A stretch of 64,000 bases of DNA from Planctomycetota bacterium (GCA_037129555.1 JBAXUS010000007.1:5525-69524); one strand, 5' to 3'; positions 1 through 10,497 are shown, counted from the stretch's first letter. Notes: a model not told the origin generated them from the sequence alone. Numbers and translations are program-made.

Positions 1-686
1 ACCGCGCGTATGACAAATACCAACTCCGCGTTGTGAGTCTCGCCGTACTGACGGACGAAAGTCGTAAATGGCGTCCAGACTCATTTGACCACGCGCTGTG
101 CGGCTTTCACCTGTCGATGAAATTTCCCATCGTCAAACTCAATGATTTTCGTACACCATCGCAACGTCGGAAATTGGAACGCAGCCGAAATCCGTTTGCC
201 CTGCTGGTCCTCGCACATCTGAAAACGCAGGAGACCAAAGGGGACTACGATCTTCGCACCGACGCAAAAGTGGAAATCATGCGCAGCATGTTGAGGCAGG
301 GCTTCACACGCGCTCGCATTCGAGGTTTATTCAATTTTGTTGACTGGGTGATGCGTCTGCCGGATAATCAAGAGGCGCTGTTTTTAGGGCATGTCCGCAA
401 GTTAGAGGAGGAATACAAAATGCCATTCATGAATGCAGTTGAACGCATCGGCTTTGAGAAGGGGATAGAGAAGGGGATAGAAAAGGGGATAGAAAAGGGA
501 ATTAAAAAAGGCGAGCTTCAATCGCTCCGTTATTCGATTCTCGATTTCTTGACTGAAAGCTTCGGGACTATTTCAAGCTACGTGTCTGGAAAGATCAATA
601 AAATCTCTGACACCGATCATCTTCGGTCGTTGCTAAAATATGCCGCCAAAGCCAAATCAATTGATGAGTTTAGCAAGCAGCTGTAA
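1..686 (+). CDS. Rpn-like / DUF4351-type PD-(D/E)XK nuclease-family putative transposase, C-terminal part (5' end outside window)
   Basis: Frame 3 is open from nt 3 (RAYDKYQLRVVSLAVLTDES...), so the ORF-track start at 33 is an artefact of the window edge. Stop TAA is at 684-686. The layout is a helical region, a (GIEK)n linker, then the tail ELQSL..ILDFLTESFG..ISDTDHLRSLL. This matches my recollection of DUF4351/Rpn-like proteins. Confidence 0.55.
   Translation, partial: RAYDKYQLRVVSLAVLTDESRKWRPDSFDHALCGFHLSMKFPIVKLNDFRTPSQRRKLERSRNPFALLVLAHLKTQETKGDYDLRTDAKVEIMRSMLRQGFTRARIRGLFNFVDWVMRLPDNQEALFLGHVRKLEEEYKMPFMNAVERIGFEKGIEKGIEKGIEKGIKKGELQSLRYSILDFLTESFGTISSYVSGKINKISDTDHLRSLLKYAAKAKSIDEFSKQL
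456..512 (+). repeat. 12-bp in-frame tandem repeat (GAGAAGGGGATA x about 4.7) encoding (EKGI)n
   Basis: Read directly: gagaaggggata gagaaggggata gaaaaggggata gaaaagggaatt aaaaaaggc. It lies in frame within the CDS above. Confidence 0.9.
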
Positions 687-728
687 TCGTCCTTACTTTC
701 TTCATGCACCCGCACCTCGGAAACTTGC

Positions 729-1457
729 ATGTCCTCCAAACACCCCCTCAGCCTGATCACGTTCGACATCGACGACACGCTCTACGCCAGCACCGACTTC
801 GCGCGGACGGCGCGCGACAATGCGCTTAAAGCCATGATCAGTGCTGGTCTCGATTTCCCGTTCAAAGATCTCGTCACCGAACTCGATGAAGTCGTCGCCG
901 AATTCACCTCCAACGACGAACATCATTTCGACCGCCTGCTCGAACGCATTCCATTGAAGGCGCGCAACGGAATCAATCCGGCGATTCTCGTGGCCATCGG
1001 CGTGGCCGCGTATCACGACACAATTCACGAAAGTTTCCGCCCGTACGAAGACGGTGTGGAAGCGTTCAAAAAACTGCATTCAATGGGCTATGCACTCGGC
1101 GTGATTACGCAGGGGCGGACCGTGAAGCAGGCTGAAAAAGTGGTGCGACTGCGCATTCTCCCTTACGTCCACAAGCGCGCGATTTTCTTCAGCGACCAAA
1201 TAGGGATCAGCAAATCGTCGCCGAAATTCTACAAGCAGGCTGGCGAATTATTCGGCGCGGAAGCCAAGCACTGCATGCACGTCGGCGACCGCCCCGACCG
1301 CGACATTGATCCCGCAAACACATCGGGTTGGATTACCGTTTTGAACCGCCGTTCAGGCCGCTACCACGAACGTCCGGGCGCGACGCCACCTGCGCACGTC
1401 ATCCAAAATTTCTGGGATTTCGTTGAGATCATAGAGAAGCATTACGAACCGAAGTAG
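729..1457 (+). CDS. HAD-superfamily hydrolase
   Basis: DxDxT motif FDIDDTLY at the N-terminus and a late acidic motif VGDRPDRDI. Length is 242 aa. Confidence 0.8.
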   Translation: MSSKHPLSLITFDIDDTLYASTDFARTARDNALKAMISAGLDFPFKDLVTELDEVVAEFTSNDEHHFDRLLERIPLKARNGINPAILVAIGVAAYHDTIHESFRPYEDGVEAFKKLHSMGYALGVITQGRTVKQAEKVVRLRILPYVHKRAIFFSDQIGISKSSPKFYKQAGELFGAEAKHCMHVGDRPDRDIDPANTSGWITVLNRRSGRYHERPGATPPAHVIQNFWDFVEIIEKHYEPK

Positions 1458-3260
1458 CTACGATCCCAACAATAAAACACGACGTTCCATTTCGCGCAAC
1501 GGCATGAGATCGCCTTTTTTGGATGCCACCGCCATTCCGGCGCGATACACGTTGACCGCGTCCGCCTCACGTCCCAACATTTCGAGCGCTTTTCCACGGG
1601 CAAGATACGCCGCTGAATTGTCCGTCTGGACCGCGCACGATTTCGACAACACGCGTTCCGCGCCTTCCCAATCGCCCAACGTGGACAGCGCGTTGCCGAG
1701 TCCGAACAAGGCCATAGGATCGTCAGCGTCAATCTCAAGCACTTCCTCGAACATCGCGCGTTTGCGCTCCGCGTCCGCGCGCTTTTTCGCGGTCTCTTCG
1801 GCGGCGACTTGCTCAGCTTTCTTTGCCCCGGCAAATCGCCCGAACTGCTTGATGATCCCCTTCGCCTTCTCGTCTTCCGCCGCGACTTTGTCGCCCAGCT
1901 TCATGTAAAACAGCGACAGATTCGTGTGCACCATCGGCTCGTTCGGAGCCACTTCTTCGAGGCGCTTGAAGATGTCAATCGCCTCGGTGAATTTCCCCGT
2001 CCGACCCAGTAACACGCCCAACGCTTCGTATCCGTCCGCAAAAGAAGGGTCGAGCCGCAACGCTTCTTCGAGCAACTCCTGAGCTTTCGTATCATCACCT
2101 GCAGCAAACAACCGTATTGCCCGGTCATGCAAAAACGCCACGCGCGACGCCGTGTCTGCCGCACGATAAAATGGCAGCAACCGCACCTCTGCATCTAACA
2201 ACGACTCGTCGTTTGCGCGGATCTTTAATTTCGTTCCAGGCGTCCGATGCGCGCGGTCAAGATAGGCAAACGCAATTGGAGCGTCGAACACGGGAGAAAA
2301 AGTCCGCGATGCGATGCGTCCGATTTTGGTCCCATTTTCGAGTACCAACTCCGCATTCATTCCGGGCAATTTCGCGAGCACATCCGAGCTGTTTTGAAAC
2401 ACCAATCCGCGCAACACAAACGGCACCGACCCATACGTGCGAATCCGCGCGATCACTTCTTGGCCGAGATAGCAGCCTTTGGAATAGCTGACGACATGCT
2501 GTTCCATTCCTGTTTCAGGAAGGACGAGTTTGCCTTCGTCGGCATCGATTCCGACGCGCACAACTCCGGCTTCAATTCGTAACGCGTCGATGACCTGGTC
2601 GCCATCGGTGAAGGTGTCGAGTCGTACGAATGATTGACCCAATTCGCTTGAACTGAACCGTTCTTGAATCTCGTCCATCGTTTCCGCTTCGTGCGGAACA
2701 GCGATGATATAACCGGGATCGCCGCTCAGTGACCGCACGATCACAAACGATCCGACGGGTGGACCGCGTTCCAAATCGCGCACACCAAACTCGCTCACAT
2801 CGCGCCACGCGCCGTCGGCCACCGGCCCGAACACCGCTTCACACGCTTGAGCCGCGTTCGGTCCCTGAATCGCCAGCCAATCGTATTGTTCTGAAACGTC
2901 TTCCAGCACCACGTCTTCAACGACTGCAAATTTTCCCAGATCACTCAACAACGAAGCGAGTCCCTGTTCCGCAAGACCATCCAACAGTAGCAAAAACGTC
3001 ACAGGCTCGCCGGGCAAGCGATGAACTGAAAAATAATTGACGAGTGTTCCGGTTCGCGTCACCCGCGCGCTCATATTTCCGCCACCCGGTTGTAGCGCTT
3101 TAACATCGTTCGTGAGTTGGCTGTTGAGAAACGACACCGCATCCGCGCCACTGACTTTGATCGCGCCGATTAACGCGGCTGAATGACTGCCGCGCAGATT
3201 GGAAATGTAGCCATGTTCACGGGCGGATTTGACGGTGGCGGGCGTGATGGAAGTCGTCAT
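1458..3260 (-). CDS. YgfZ/Iba57-type folate-binding (GcvT-fold) protein with a C-terminal TPR extension
   Basis: The COG0354 signature KGCYLGQE is present (SYSKGCYLGQEVIARIRTYG). The N-terminal 400 aa are GcvT-like. The last roughly 190 aa are TPR-like (ALRLDPSFADGYEALGVLLGRTGKFTEAIDIFKRLEEVAPN...). Confidence 0.75.
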   Translation of the reverse strand: MTTSITPATVKSAREHGYISNLRGSHSAALIGAIKVSGADAVSFLNSQLTNDVKALQPGGGNMSARVTRTGTLVNYFSVHRLPGEPVTFLLLLDGLAEQGLASLLSDLGKFAVVEDVVLEDVSEQYDWLAIQGPNAAQACEAVFGPVADGAWRDVSEFGVRDLERGPPVGSFVIVRSLSGDPGYIIAVPHEAETMDEIQERFSSSELGQSFVRLDTFTDGDQVIDALRIEAGVVRVGIDADEGKLVLPETGMEQHVVSYSKGCYLGQEVIARIRTYGSVPFVLRGLVFQNSSDVLAKLPGMNAELVLENGTKIGRIASRTFSPVFDAPIAFAYLDRAHRTPGTKLKIRANDESLLDAEVRLLPFYRAADTASRVAFLHDRAIRLFAAGDDTKAQELLEEALRLDPSFADGYEALGVLLGRTGKFTEAIDIFKRLEEVAPNEPMVHTNLSLFYMKLGDKVAAEDEKAKGIIKQFGRFAGAKKAEQVAAEETAKKRADAERKRAMFEEVLEIDADDPMALFGLGNALSTLGDWEGAERVLSKSCAVQTDNSAAYLARGKALEMLGREADAVNVYRAGMAVASKKGDLMPLREMERRVLLLGS

Positions 3261-3266
3261 GAGAAT

Positions 3267-3959
3267 TTAGACCGAAAAACTCTCCCCACACCCGCACGTG
3301 TTCGTCGCGTTTGGATTATTAAAGACGAAGCCTTTTCCGGAAAGTCCCTGTTGGAAATCCAGCGTGATACCGCGCAAATACACCGTGCTCTTGCGGTCGA
3401 GGTACACGTTGAATAGCTCGTATGGCACGACCAAATCGCCGTCTTTTTTTGCATCGAATTCGAGTTTATACGAGAAGCCCGAACAGCCGCCACCTTTGAC
3501 GCCCAGCCGCAATCCGACGCCCGGTTTGTCACCCTGTTCAACGATCAACCGCTTGACTTCAACTTGAGCGCCTTCCGAAAGCGCAACGATGGGCTTGTCG
3601 CCATTCACCGCCGCCGCTTTCGACACAGGGGCTTCAACCACAGGGGCTGGAGCCGGTTTGGCCGCTTCAGCTTTCACGGTGATTTCGTGCACATCGCCCA
3701 AGCGCGTGATCGACAAAACATCCGCGCGCGGAATCACCAAATGATCGTACTTTTTCCACACGCCGAATTTCGCCGCGCGCTTGACATAATCCGCTTTGGT
3801 CTTCCCGTTCGCGCCGTCTTCATGAATGTCGGCGTCAACGAGAATCACCTTCTCCTGATCTTCATCGTCGCAGCGGCCCACATACACTTTCGGCCCCTTC
3901 GTATCGACGACGACCGTGATGCCATGCAACGCGCTTTTGTTATCGTGAAACGTACCCAT
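3267..3959 (-). CDS. A-type Fe-S cluster carrier (IscA/ErpA-like) fused to an unassigned N-terminal domain
   Basis: The C-terminal roughly 110 aa carry GGGCSGFSYKLEFD and the terminal CGCGESFSV, the three-Cys A-type carrier pattern. A Pro/Ala linker and a beta-rich roughly 95-aa N-terminal domain precede it. The stop is 6 nt from the next gene's start. Confidence 0.8.
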   Translation of the reverse strand: MGTFHDNKSALHGITVVVDTKGPKVYVGRCDDEDQEKVILVDADIHEDGANGKTKADYVKRAAKFGVWKKYDHLVIPRADVLSITRLGDVHEITVKAEAAKPAPAPVVEAPVSKAAAVNGDKPIVALSEGAQVEVKRLIVEQGDKPGVGLRLGVKGGGCSGFSYKLEFDAKKDGDLVVPYELFNVYLDRKSTVYLRGITLDFQQGLSGKGFVFNNPNATNTCGCGESFSV

Positions 3960-4031
3960 GATGATTCCTTTGTTTAAAGAATGTCCAGAGCCGCTTACTG
4001 ACGTGTGCGGCTCCGGAAAGCGAATTCTATA

Positions 4032-4448
4032 TTAGCAGTTCTCGTCGAATGCCTTGACCAACTCCGCAGCAATCGTGCGCGGGTCGCGGCCTTCGATCAT
4101 GTGGCGAGGCGTGAAGTGCACGAGCTCGCCGTCTTTGAACACCGCAACGCACGGGCTGCTCGGCGGAATGTCAGCAAAATACGAACGCGCTTTGGCGACG
4201 GCTTCGGTGTCTTGTCCAGCGAACACTGTGGCAACGCGCGCCGGCTTCTTGCCGTTCTGCAGCGACAACTTCACACCCGGGCGCGCTCCACCGGCGGCGC
4301 ATCCGCACACGGAGTTCACGATGATCATCGACGTGCCGGTCTTGTCAGCCATGAACGTATCAACTTCAGTTGCGGTCTTCAATTCTTTGACACCGGCGGA
4401 CGTCAATTCCGCGCGCATGGGGGCTACGAGTGCTTCGGGGTAAGGCAT
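4032..4448 (-). CDS. BrxA/BrxB-family bacilliredoxin (YphP/YqiW, DUF1094)
   Basis: 138 aa with a CGC redox motif in IIVNSVCGCAAGGARPG. Overall resemblance to the bacilliredoxin family, from memory. Confidence 0.7.
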   Translation of the reverse strand: MPYPEALVAPMRAELTSAGVKELKTATEVDTFMADKTGTSMIIVNSVCGCAAGGARPGVKLSLQNGKKPARVATVFAGQDTEAVAKARSYFADIPPSSPCVAVFKDGELVHFTPRHMIEGRDPRTIAAELVKAFDENC

Positions 4449-4585
4449 GTTTCGGACTCCTCTTTAAAAATGGTTCACACATGACATGTCGTCGATCAAT
4501 ACTGTACGAAAATACCCGACGGAAGCAAGCTTATTGCGTCCGGCCTAACACTCGCAGATTCAACACTGAAGTGTGTTGCTGACAT

Positions 4586-6478
4586 CTACTCTCGTGGCCG
4601 AGGTAGCGGCTTCGGCGAGTTCGTTTTTTGCGAGAAAAATCGGAACGGCGCTAAAATCGTCCGCCCGATTTTAAAACTCGGATCACTCTCCACCTGTGCC
4701 TTCGCGGTCTTCATTTTTTCAAATTCAGTTTGCAACGCCGCGAGTTTTTCTCCTTGAGCCAGCGCGTCTACATCACGCCGCCGCAACGCGTCTTCACATT
4801 CATTAACCTTCGTAGTGACGCGCTCATGTTTAGCCGCATCATCCGCGCGTAACCGTTCCAGAGCTGCCACAGAATTCGCATGTTCGCGCTGCATCGTTGC
4901 GAGAGCATCCGCATGTAGGCGAGCCTGCTTCTCGGCCTCGTCTGCTTTTGCTCGGACCGCACGTTCGCGTTCGTCTAATTCTTCAGCATGTTTGCGCCGG
5001 GCTGCTTCGAGCTTTTCGACGTCCTCGGATCGCGCTTGATGTAGCTTCGTCAGACGAGCAATCTCTTCTTCATGCGTACGACATTGGCGCGTCAGTTTCC
5101 CAACGTTCTCCACGTGATCCCGCGCCGCAGCTTCAAGCGTTGAAACCATTTTCACTCGCGCTTCACTCGCCTGAGTCAACGCGGCGTTGTCGTCCACATG
5201 AGATTGGCACAGCCGATTCAACGCATCAATTTCATCCACATGCGCCGCGACGTTCTGCTTCAACGTCATAATTTCTTCCGCGCGTGTCCGAGCGAGTTGC
5301 TCCAGCTTCACAACGTCATCCGCGCGTGATTGGCTCAACGCATTTAATTTTTCAGCACTCTCACCAAGCGCTTGAATTTGAGCTTTGAGACTCTTGATTT
5401 CAGTCTGCTGCGAGCGGTTGTTGCGCTGCAATGTTTCGACTTCATCCGAACGCAAGCGGATCAATTCTGTCAGCTTTTCAACCTCGGCCGAGCGAGCCAA
5501 TACGACCGCTTCAAGCCGCGCACTCTCACCGGCATGCACCCGTTTCAGCGTCTCGATTTCGTCCGCGCGAGCTTGGCTCAACCGCTCCAGTCGAGCGACG
5601 TCATCGCCGTGCGACCGCTTTAGATTATCGATGTCTACCGCACGCATTTCGAGCGCCTGTTGCAATGCGGTGCGTTCATCTCTGCCCGCTTTTTCCTTCT
5701 CATCAAATGACTGTACTTTTGCTTCGAGCGCCTGAATCGCGACCAATTCCGCGCCAGCTTTCGCATGCAACGACACCCGGTTTCCAAGCGCGAAGAAATA
5801 ACTGCGCATGAGACCCGGATTCTTTTCGGCCATCGTCAGAAAAACATTCAACGCTTCCGAAATGCCGGGACTCAACACCAGCACTCCAAGCCCGTGGCCA
5901 TGCAAGAATTCAAAATGCCGATACGTCGAACGCAGCTGCTCCCACAATTTCCAAACGCCATAATTCCCATCGCGCCGGTTCGTGAAATGAAACAGCACGA
6001 CACCATTGCGGCTCATCTTCGGTCGGAACGCTTCCCAATCGTGGCAGACAGCTTCGTAATTGGGCTGTCCATCGATGTGCAGCAACTCGATGCTGCCTTC
6101 TGAAAAATGCGCCGCCGCTTCGTCGAATTTGCTTTCGACCAATTGCGAAAAATGGCCGTACAGCGCGTCATGTTGCGCACGCAAATTCGCCAGCACCGAC
6201 GCGTCGTACAAGCCCGTCTGATTGTCACCCTTCCACGTGTCAATTCCATGACACGCGATCTTCATGCCCAGCGCCGCGACCGCCTCGCAAATCGACAGAT
6301 ACGAATCGCCCTTATAGACGCCCAACTCGACCAACATTTTCGGACGGAGCAAATGAACCAATAGTTTGATAAACGGAATATGCTCGTGACTGGCAGTCGA
6401 ACCCATGCGCTTGGGCAGGATCAGGCTTTGAGGATAATCGAGAGGATTGAATTCCAACCCCGCTCTGTAGTCGGCCAT
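4586..6478 (-). CDS. Class I SAM-dependent methyltransferase (about 245 aa) fused to a roughly 350-aa repetitive coiled coil with a C-terminal amphipathic tail
   Basis: N-terminus: MLVELGVYKGDSYLS (Gly-rich SAM loop, Methyltransf_24/CmcI-like). The rest is heptad-rich with a recurring motif [SA]R[AS][DE][DE][IV]..L (SQARADEIETLKR, LARSAEVEKLTEL, RLRSDEVETLQR, SQSRADDVVKLEQ, ARTRAEEIMTLKQ, HQARSEDVEKLEA). The tail is SFKIGRTILAPFRFF. Confidence 0.7.
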   Translation of the reverse strand: MADYRAGLEFNPLDYPQSLILPKRMGSTASHEHIPFIKLLVHLLRPKMLVELGVYKGDSYLSICEAVAALGMKIACHGIDTWKGDNQTGLYDASVLANLRAQHDALYGHFSQLVESKFDEAAAHFSEGSIELLHIDGQPNYEAVCHDWEAFRPKMSRNGVVLFHFTNRRDGNYGVWKLWEQLRSTYRHFEFLHGHGLGVLVLSPGISEALNVFLTMAEKNPGLMRSYFFALGNRVSLHAKAGAELVAIQALEAKVQSFDEKEKAGRDERTALQQALEMRAVDIDNLKRSHGDDVARLERLSQARADEIETLKRVHAGESARLEAVVLARSAEVEKLTELIRLRSDEVETLQRNNRSQQTEIKSLKAQIQALGESAEKLNALSQSRADDVVKLEQLARTRAEEIMTLKQNVAAHVDEIDALNRLCQSHVDDNAALTQASEARVKMVSTLEAAARDHVENVGKLTRQCRTHEEEIARLTKLHQARSEDVEKLEAARRKHAEELDERERAVRAKADEAEKQARLHADALATMQREHANSVAALERLRADDAAKHERVTTKVNECEDALRRRDVDALAQGEKLAALQTEFEKMKTAKAQVESDPSFKIGRTILAPFRFFSQKTNSPKPLPRPRE

Positions 6479-6716
6479 GTGCTACCTCTGCGTCGATGAA
6501 TAAATGATAACGCGTGATAAAAACGAACGATTCACGGGTGTCGAGTCAATAAAACTCGAACGCGTTGCAATCCAGAAACAACTCGTTGTATAGACGCTGA
6601 ATCGAACGATTTGTACAACGATTTTCGGCCAAACGCAATAAAAGATTAAACACTGATTTCGAGCACATGTGTGTCTCCTGGCTTGAAACACACCCCATGA
6701 ATTTAAATGGCTCGCC

Positions 6717-6744
6717 TTGACACCGGCGATTCGCTCGATAAAAA
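6717..6744 (+). promoter_or_regulatory. Candidate sigma70-like promoter for guaB (TTGACA-N16-TAAAAA)
   Basis: TTGACA at 6717-6722 and TAAAAA at 6739-6744. E. coli-type consensus is assumed, which may not apply in this phylum. Confidence 0.25.
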
Positions 6745-6788
6745 GGTACTATGGAAGCGATTGTTGATGCACGACTGAGGCTGAACGG

Positions 6789-6858
6789 TTCGGGTTTCGG
6801 GTTTCCGGTTTCGAGTTGACGGCGTTATTGACTCGAAACCGGAAACCCGAAATTCGAA
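6789..6858. repeat. Roughly 28-bp-arm inverted repeat built from GGTTTC/GAAACC units (guaB leader hairpin)
   Basis: ttcgggtttcgggtttccggtttcgagt (to 6816) pairs with actcgaaaccggaaacccgaaattcgaa (from 6831). There are two G.T positions and a 14-nt loop. Confidence 0.85.
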
Positions 6859-6870
6859 ACCGAAACTTAG

Positions 6871-8424
<1,554 letters not shown>

Positions 8425-8542
8425 AAGTGTTTTGTTTTTTGAGATTTTTAATCTCGGACGTTGTAGACGTAACCAATTTGGTTGCGTCTTAGATTTCTTC
8501 CATTAGATTGTCCCGTTTCCCATTCGCAGGAACATTTACGCA

Positions 8543-10075
8543 ATGCACGAAACTGTTTTTGTCGTCGACTTCGGAGCTCAGTACGCGCAATTGATTGCGC
8601 GGCGCGTCCGAGAGGCTCACGTTTTTTCGAAGATCGTCCCGTTCCACCGGGCGCTTGAAGCTGCGAAGGCGGAGCGGCCCAAAGCGATCATCTTCTCGGG
8701 TGGCCCTGCGTCTGTGTACGCAGACAAAGCGCCGCGCATCGAGCCTGAAATTTTCACGCTCGGCATCCCGATTCTCGGCATTTGCTACGGCGTCCAGATC
8801 ACCGCGTTCAATCTCGGTGGGACTGTCGAAAAGCAGCAGCGCCGCGAATACGGCAGCGCTGTAATTGACGTCCTCGATGAACGCGGTTTGTTTGAAGGCG
8901 TCGGCAACCGCACTGACGTCTGGATGAGCCACGGCGATGCACTGACCGCACCGCCGCCGGGATTCCAGATTCTCGCCAGCACGCCCAGCTGCCCGCTCGC
9001 CGCCATCGGCGATCCTGCGCGCAAAATTTACGGCGTCCAATTTCACCCCGAAGTCACGCACACGCCCAAGGGTCGTCAAGTGCTGCGCAACTTCCTGTAT
9101 CAGATCGCCGGATGCGCTGGCGACTGGCACATGACCGATTTTATCGGCCAGCAGATCGAGAGCATCCGCCAGCGTGTCGGCAATGAGAAAGTGATTCTCG
9201 GCTTGAGTGGCGGCGTCGATTCGTCCGTCGCTGCCGTGCTGATTCATCAAGCCATCGGCGACAAATTGCAGTGTATTTTTGTCGACAACGGCTTGTGCCG
9301 GAAGAGCGAGGGCAAACGCGTCGAGACCACCTTTAAAGGCCACTTCAAAATTCCGCTGTGGTGTGTCGATGCGACCGACCAGTTTCTCAACGCGTTGAAA
9401 AACGTCACCGATCCCGAGCAGAAACGCAAGATCATCGGTCGCGAATTCGTGCGTGTTTTCGAAGCGAAATCGCGTGAAGTCAAAGGCGCGAAATTCCTGG
9501 CACAAGGTACGCTGTATCCCGACGTGATCGAATCCGTCTCCGCACACGGCGGTCCGACTGCTGTCATCAAGAGCCACCATAACGTCGGTGGATTGCCTGA
9601 CGATTTGGCGCTTGAACTGCTCGAACCCTTCCGCGCGCTCTTCAAAGATGAAGTCCGCCAGATCGGAAAAGAACTCGGCGTTCCGGACGAAATCGTCTGG
9701 CGTCAACCGTTCCCAGGACCGGGACTCGCCGTGCGAATCCTCGGCCCGGTCGATTCATCGCGTATTCAGCTCGTTCAAGACGCCGACGAAATCGTGCAGG
9801 AAGAAATCGAAGCCGCTGGCATCAAAGTGTGGCAAGCATTCGCGGTGCTGCTGCCAGTCCGCAGCGTCGGCGTCCTCGGCGACGAACGCGCGTACGGCGA
9901 AGTCATCTGCCTGCGAGCGGTCGAATCCACCGACGGCATGACCGCCGATTGGGCGAAGCTGCCATACGAGGTGCTCGCCAAAATCTCCAGCCGCATCGTC
10001 AACGAAGTCCCAGGCATCAATCGCGTGGTGTATGATATTAGTCAAAAGCCACCTGCGACGATTGAGTGGGAATAA
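8543..10075 (+). CDS. guaA: GMP synthase (glutamine-hydrolysing)
   Basis: GATase-1 domain (GICYGVQ), PP-loop LGLSGGVDSSV, and C-terminal PPATIEWE. Confidence 0.97.
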   Translation: MHETVFVVDFGAQYAQLIARRVREAHVFSKIVPFHRALEAAKAERPKAIIFSGGPASVYADKAPRIEPEIFTLGIPILGICYGVQITAFNLGGTVEKQQRREYGSAVIDVLDERGLFEGVGNRTDVWMSHGDALTAPPPGFQILASTPSCPLAAIGDPARKIYGVQFHPEVTHTPKGRQVLRNFLYQIAGCAGDWHMTDFIGQQIESIRQRVGNEKVILGLSGGVDSSVAAVLIHQAIGDKLQCIFVDNGLCRKSEGKRVETTFKGHFKIPLWCVDATDQFLNALKNVTDPEQKRKIIGREFVRVFEAKSREVKGAKFLAQGTLYPDVIESVSAHGGPTAVIKSHHNVGGLPDDLALELLEPFRALFKDEVRQIGKELGVPDEIVWRQPFPGPGLAVRILGPVDSSRIQLVQDADEIVQEEIEAAGIKVWQAFAVLLPVRSVGVLGDERAYGEVICLRAVESTDGMTADWAKLPYEVLAKISSRIVNEVPGINRVVYDISQKPPATIEWE

Positions 10076-10140
10076 CGAAAGAATCACGAAAGAATCACGA
10101 TTCCGGAGATTATAAATTGAGCGCAATCGCCATTTCCACA

Positions 10141-10497
10141 ATGACCCAACCGCTGCAAAAACTCTTCGCAGCGCAGCAAGCCAACGAAGAAGGCGCAAGC
10201 GATCTGTGCCTGACCTTCGAAACTGCCGGAAACGATAGCGCGTGGGTTCAAGTCGTCTCGAACACGATCAATTTCGGCTACACCGGAGAAGATGAACCAC
10301 TCTATTTTCTGTCCCAGCAAGGCGTCGATCTCCTTCCCGATTGCGCCGTGATTGCCTGGGACAAAGGCCTCTCCGCAACCCTCACGCACACCTCCCAATT
10401 CGGCGATGATGTCGCCGTATTTGTGGACGCGATCTTGTGGTCCGTGCATGGATTGGATGACGAATTCGAGATTGAGGTGAAAGCAGAGCAGTTGTAA
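10141..10497 (+). CDS. Hypothetical protein
   Basis: Clean ORF. ATG 10141 is preferred because the 10066 start overlaps the guaA stop and runs through a direct repeat. No recognisable motif. Confidence 0.4.
   Translation: MTQPLQKLFAAQQANEEGASDLCLTFETAGNDSAWVQVVSNTINFGYTGEDEPLYFLSQQGVDLLPDCAVIAWDKGLSATLTHTSQFGDDVAVFVDAILWSVHGLDDEFEIEVKAEQL

Noticed and set aside
1455-1460. Abutting convergent stop codons forming the palindrome TAGCTA between the HAD and YgfZ-like genes.
   Set aside because: It is real but trivial. No hairpin or other structure surrounds it.
4561-4578. A caacac/gtgttg hairpin 8 nt past the methyltransferase stop.
   Set aside because: It has a 6-bp stem and no U-tract on the minus strand. 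This is too weak to call a terminator.
8489-9706. A 405-aa ORF antisense to guaA.
   Set aside because: guaA on the plus strand is unambiguous. The antisense translation is Arg/Asp/Phe/Ala-rich with no motifs, which is typical of a shadow ORF produced by codon bias.
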